Source of the DNA: Eimeria praecox
Lineage: Eukaryota
NCBI GenBank assembly: GCA_963920595.1
Contig: OY986949.1
Span: forward strand, 3,224,001-3,288,000
Reading direction: 5' to 3'
DNA: 64,000 nucleotides
Below are positions 58,459 to 64,000 of this stretch, piece after piece (the stretch's first letter is position 1; each line of letters starts with the position of its first letter). A program made the translations under genes and the position numbers. Under the pieces are notes generated by a model, which searched no databases, was not told the origin of the DNA, and was given only the letters and a program-made list of their open reading frames with translations.

Positions 58459-58862
58459 TTGCTGCTGCTGCTGCAAATGCTGCTGCAACTGCTCCTCACC
58501 ATGTCGACGCTGCTGCTGCGGGTGCTCCTGGAAGAACGCTGCGGCTCCTCCGGCGTTTGTTGCTGTCGCTTACTAGCTAGCTACCTAGCTAGCTAGCTAG
58601 CTAGTCGGGTAAGAAGCCGTTGGCTAGTTGGAGCTGAGTCCGTATTGGCCTCCACAATACAACAAGTTCAGTTGAGGTGTATTCGGCTCGTTCGCTGCGG
58701 ATTCATCAGAGGCGGAACGGGTATCTCGGCTAGAGAAACCTAGAGAAACCAGCAGCAGCAGCAGCAGTAGCTGCTGCTGCTGCTGTGGCTTCTCCTGCTG
58801 CTGCTGCTGCTGCTGTCAGAACGGTGCGGTGCGGCTCCTCCAGCGGTTGGTGCTGTCGCTTT
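58262..58862. repeat. Two diverged tandem copies of a ~300-bp unit (about 58262-58571 and 58602-58862)
   Basis: Shared ordered blocks GAGTCCGTAT, GTATTCGG..TTCGCTGCGG, CAGAGGCGGAA, GAGAAACCTA, GCGGCTCCTCC, TGCTGTCGCTT. Confidence 0.8.
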
Positions 58863-59188
58863 GTTGCTCTTCATGCAGCTGCAACGGGAGCTCTGCAGCT
58901 AAGGGGGTGCCATCCTGAGCCAGCTAGCTGAGGTGTTGGCGTAGCTAGCCAGGCCCTCTGTATAAAGCAGCAGTCTCCCTGTTGACAACGGGGATGCGTG
59001 GCCTGCTACCTAGCCAGCTAGCTAGCTAGTTACCTAGCTATTACCTAGCTAGCTAGCTAGCTAGCTAGCTAGGTAGCTGTCAATCTAGCATTATATCTAG
59101 TTAGCCACATAGTTAGGTAGCTAGCTAGCTATGTAGCTAACTAGCTAGCTGGTTTCTTCGGCAGCAGGCTTTGCATGCGGTGCGAACT

Positions 59189-61573
59189 CTAATACTTGAT
59201 CCGCCGCGCCTGCAGCCCCGTAGCAAACACCGCATCTGTGATGCCGCCAGTGCCCCATACAGCAGGGCCATGGCGACCTGTAGAGACATCAACTACAGCA
59301 CACAGGGCAGCTAGATCCTCCTGCCTATCCATCAAAAGAGAGTATGTCCTCACTGTTGTAGACAACACACAGCAGCGGCTTTCCTGCAGCATCTGCCCCA
59401 CTGTATACAAACACACCAACCAGACACAGAATGCTGTACAGACTACTACTGCACTCTCTCTCTATTAATACAGGATTCCTGCTGCTGCGCATACAGTGGA
59501 GTTGCTGTGGGGCTGTGGGGCTGTGGGGCTGCATGCACTGAAGATCAACGAAGACTCTGCTGCCTAAGAAGCCAGCTCTCCGCGCTGTAATACAGCCAGC
59601 TAGCTACCTAGCTAGCTAGCTATTTAACCACCTAGATAGCTAGACATATAGCTAGACAGTTTTTTAACTAGATACTTAGCTAGGTATGTATATAGCTTGG
59701 CAGGCGACAGATATATTTAGGTAACTACCTAGCCGTACACCTACCTGGCTTGCTATCTATATCTTAAGCCAGGCACCTAGCCATCTAGCCATCTATCGCG
59801 CTATCGATGTAGCTAGCTGGCTAGCTAGCTAGCCCCTTGTATGAGGTGTGGGTGTTGGTGTTGGTGTACGCGTCTACGTGCGTGTGCTGACAGTGTTTGA
59901 TAGAAGCGTTGACTTCTCGAAATTCTACAGAATGTCGAGTCCCAATATACAAATCCTTGACCATATGAAAATCTATTCTTGTGGGGCCCGAGAGTATTCC
60001 AGCGAGTCCGAGGGTTTTAAGACAGAGAGAGGATTCAGGATAGTGTAGACGTAGCATCTTTCGTCGTACTTTCAAAGAACTGTGGCACAGCTTCGAGCAT
60101 TTCACACCCCTGCAGCAGCAAAACCCCAACATGCAACAGCAAATACACAAAGAAAGACACATGAGAAGAAGGATATACTAAGATAAATCAAATTATTCCT
60201 TCTTTGAGTGCTGTAGCATGTTTGAGCTAACTGGAACACCTGTCTAAGACAAGGGAGTTCTAAGAAAACAAAAGAAAGAAGAAACACAACGAAAATGTCT
60301 ACGCTTTACTCAACAAAAGAAAGAAACAGAAAAACCCTTTAAACACCAAAGCAGAAGAACAAATAAAGGAGAAAAGAGAGAGAGAAAGGGAGATATGTAA
60401 GGCACAGCAGACAGAGATAGAACGGGATCGAGCAGCAGGGAAGACGAAGACGTAATACAACAAAGATAGTTCATACAGACAAATACAAATAGTTTAATTG
60501 CTGCAGCTGTAGTAGCTAATCAATCATTGTGTATCGAACAGGTGCATGCATATCTACATACACTACAGCTTGCTAGCAGCAGGCTTAACGAACGACATAG
60601 AGAGAAACACGTAGAGAAGAAGAAAACCAGAAAACAAACACGAAACACATGTTAATAGCCCCAAGGGGAGCCCTCCGCATAACAACAAATACAAAGTCTA
60701 AGCCCTAAAGCTGCAAAATCAAACAAAGTATAAAAACCAAAGTTGCAAAAACAAAGAAATGATGAGCGCTAAAGTAAGAAAAACAAACAAAAGATAATTC
60801 GTAGAGTTGCAAAACCAAACAAAGTTACCAAAACAAAACAGAGGATAAATAATAATGTTGCAAAAACAAACAAAGGATAAACACTCAAGCTCAGACTTGA
60901 TGGTGTTTGTACAGAGAAAGCCTCTCCTCACGCTGTCAGTCGTTTGATGGCATCCAAGTAAACGTTTGCTATCCTTTCCCCTGCAGCATATGACAAGTGT
61001 ACATACACCGCAACTCCGTACAACAACAGCAGCAGCAGCAACAGCAGCAGCAGCAACACCACAATCAGCCAAACAGTCAACAGCACTAATGCAGAGCAGC
61101 AGACGCCAGTAGAAGAAGCAGCAACAGGCCCCACGCAGAACCAGTCCACTAAGCAGCAACAGCAGCAGCAGCAGCAGCAGCTACAGCAGTAACAGCAGTA
61201 ACAGGAGTGGCAGCAGGAGCAACAGCAGTGGCGTGCCAGCAAGAGCAGCATCCCCAAAGCAGGATCAGCAGCAGCAACTGCAGCAGCAACTGCAGCAGCA
61301 ACAGCAACTGCATCACCGCATCAGCCACAGCAGCAGCAACTGCAGCAGCAGCAGCAGCAGCCACAGCAGCAGCAACAGCAGCGCACCGATTCCATCTTCG
61401 GTAAACTGATAAAGAAGAGCTATACGCAAAGCAACTTGTACAGGGAGGTTCAACTTCACCTCCAACTCTCGAGCCTTTGCCTGTACTTCGGGGCTTTTGT
61501 GGTCCTTCGCAAAATGCAGAGGAAACTGATGAGCTTGCTGCAGCAGCAACAGCAACAACAGCAGCAGCAGCAG

Positions 61574-61605
<32 letters not shown>

Positions 61606-61934
61606 GCAGGGACAGCAGGAGTATCCGCGAGGGTAATTCAGAGTTCTGCAAACACCCTCTTCAACGTGAGATTGTGGGTTGCTCGAAAACTAACTACTAC
61701 TGCTTGTTCATCTGCTGCTGCTGCTGCTGCTGCGCTGCTGTTGTGCTGCTGCTGTGCATGCAGGTAAGGAAGGGCTTCTTCAGTACCCAATCATGTCTAT
61801 GTGCGAGAAGAAGGGGAGTTTTCTTCAGAGGTGGACGGGGGATGTTTGTATTGTTTTCTGAGGAAGCGGGGGGCCCTACACCGGGGGCTTCTTCCGGTTG
61901 CTTTTGTTTATGTTGGTGATGCTGCTGCTTCTCG

Positions 61935-61966
<32 letters not shown>

Positions 61967-62465
61967 ATGCTGTGGATGCTCCTCCGAATCACCATCTTGC
62001 CAGTCGTTCTGTTCGCTGTGAGGGTCCAAAGCTGAAGACAGTCGTTACAAGACATCGTAAACCCCAAATCCTGAAGTCTTAATCCTAAATACCTAAACCC
62101 TAAACCCTAAACCCTAAACCCTAAACCCTAGAAGCGTACGTTCTGTGGGCGACTCCACGCCTTGCACTTGTATCACATGAAGAACCTTTGCTGGATCTGA
62201 GTAGGCGCCTCTCTTGCCCTCCTTGAAAGTATACTTTCGCTTGCCATATCCCCTGAAGAAGAACAGCAATTCTTTGTATTGGTCCTTTGCAACTAGTATA
62301 CCAACCTCACAACATTGAGAGAGGTAAAGGAAAGGGATTAAACACTCTTATATTTCATATTCTCGGGTTAGAGGCTACAGAACAGTGTTATCCTCCTCAC
62401 TCAAACACCTGGTCTTCTTCGCCCTTCTGCTGCCTGGCAGCAAGGGCCGACCGAAGCTCCGCCAT
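59189..62465 (-). CDS. About 350-aa protein with a C-terminal PH domain of the PLC-delta type. Exons 62465-62401, 62252-62140, 62031-61787, 61537-61387, 60980-60932, 60109-59892, 59400-59189
   Basis: Exon lengths total 1053 nt in one frame. 'AIKRLTAGVKCSKLCHSSLKVRRKMLRL...IDFHMVKDLYIGTRHSVEFRE...SRCCVLSTTVRTYSLLMDRQEDLAALCAVVD' follows the strand/helix pattern of PLC-type PH domains. Confidence 0.75.
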
Positions 62466-64000
62466 TAATACCCTTCCTCAAATCTTGATCCGGTATATTC
62501 CAAAGTACTCAACTAAGTATTGAGTTTGCCTTCAGAAAGACGCGGCAAGCAAGCCGTGTTCAACTAAGTTCATCGACACTGTGGCCTCAGTCTAGGAACA
62601 AAATGGCAGAGTCATGAGGCCTAAAAGGCCCGTTTCTCACGAAATATAATCGAATTCTAAATATAAATTAGAAATATTTGCAAAAATTGATAGTGTTGTA
62701 TGAAGAAGGAGCAGCGTTCGACAGCAATGCAGCTTTGAGCATCATCATCATTGAAGCGGCAGCCGATTCATTGAGCCGCAGCTCTCCTTTTCATTACTAT
62801 TCATTATTTTCAGATTTTCATACATTAGAAAAATATAATTTAACGATCGGATATCCAACATGATCGTCAACGCAGAGGGCTCCCCCAGCTGACCGCCTTC
62901 ACACCTCTTTGGAGTGGCGGTCCGTATACTGGTGTTGCGGCTTCTTTCAACTCTTATTTAGATTTCAGAAGTACACAAGAAGAAATGGCCTCAGAGGACG
63001 ATGTAGCAAGCAGCCACAATTCAAGGCAGTTAGACTCTTCCTGAATCCCCCCGACACGTTTCATCTAGACAAATCCCTATGTAGGCTCGCTGTGATAGTT
63101 GCTTCGTTTTCGAGTGCCTTAAGACAGAACCACGTAGGGCCGCTAAGCCATTGAACTAGAGCAAACTAGAGCTGGATGTTTCTGTATATATCCCTGCTCA
63201 AAGCCTGCACTTCACGGCATTTGCAGCGAATCCAACTGCCAATCCTTCCCCGTCCATTGGTAATCTCGATTGCAGGGAAACCCTGGGTTATCAGATGAGG
63301 GAAAGAAGGCTTCAATGCAAAAGAAATCTCTCTACAGCGCCAAAGATTCGCTGAGGTGTTCTGCTTTTACTGGATGTGCTGCCCAAGCTCGAGGCGCACC
63401 CTGCTCTGTCTAGAGCGCTAGGTACACAGCTTAATGATGAAATGTTGCATCATAGATGCTTCATCTGATATGCTTCAATCTTTAAGTTTCTTCTTCAGAA
63501 TCATCTAGCGTGACCCCACCAGAACTGATAGGCCACAACTTTGCTCCCAGTACAAGCACCTGCAAATACTGCATACTCTGCTACCTGACTAGTTTGGTGT
63601 GGACTCTCGAACATGAAATTTTTGAATAATCCGCCAGAGGTAGAGATGAGCAGCATCGGAACCTTAGATGTCTAAAACTCATTTTGTTTCTGCACTGTGG
63701 ATGCTGCTTCTGTGCACTGGGTAGCCTGCTTCAGATTTGCTAGGCATGTGCAAACTATTGCCACTAAAGCGCTGTCCCATCTAGGAATGCCCACCCATAG
63801 TTGAGACTACAGAGGACGCAGTGTTTACGCTGTGTTTCTAACAGCTGTGTTTAATTGTGATCGACAAAAAACGTTAAAAAGAACATCGAGGCCACATCGG
63901 TGACCCACTCTTGTGCAATCAAGAATCTACCATCTAGCGGGCTACTGATACGGTGTGCTTGGGCTTATTCTTTACTGGCTGGCTGCTATCCACAAAATGC

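Noticed and set aside
62173..62247. ATG at 62247 as start of the PH gene
   Set aside because: That frame stops after 24 codons; the upstream ATG at 62465 splices in phase
62500..64000. Possible retrotransposon remnant in the repeat-free tail
   Set aside because: No long ORF, recognisable gag/RT/integrase motif or LTR seen by eye; a profile search would be needed to exclude a decayed copy

Overview
Eukaryotic, intron-rich genomic DNA with the hallmark repeats of a coccidian (Eimeria-type) repeat-rich segment: CAG/CTG arrays inside and outside exons, telomere-like TTTAGGG/CCCTAAA arrays, TGCATGCA octamers, and (AT)n, (TTTA)n and (AGCT)n tracts. There is one 200-N gap. Most ORFs in the track are repeat artefacts. 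Manual splicing (GT-AG, phase-checked) gives about 10 genes: importin-5-like karyopherin (-, runs off the window start), prefoldin 2 (-), a large formin (+), a gap-broken hypothetical gene (-), SRP54 (+), a hypothetical gene (-) head-to-head with a Brix/SSF1-PPAN gene (+), a signal-peptide/TM gene (-), a micro-exon hypothetical gene (+), and a 7-exon gene with a PLC-type PH domain (-). The most unusual signals are non-coding. (1) Telomere-like arrays show splice-site polarity: TTTAGGG before acceptors, often CCCTAAA after donors, so intron ends are complementary. (2) In three unrelated genes, an exon 3' end plus its donor is tandemly copied into the next intron next to telomeric arrays. (3) A dispersed ~14-bp palindrome GGTGTAYRTACACC also supplies many splice acceptors. 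(4) A ~1.06-kb TA-flanked element with long inverted repeats looks MITE-like. All gene models were built by eye and have no transcript support.
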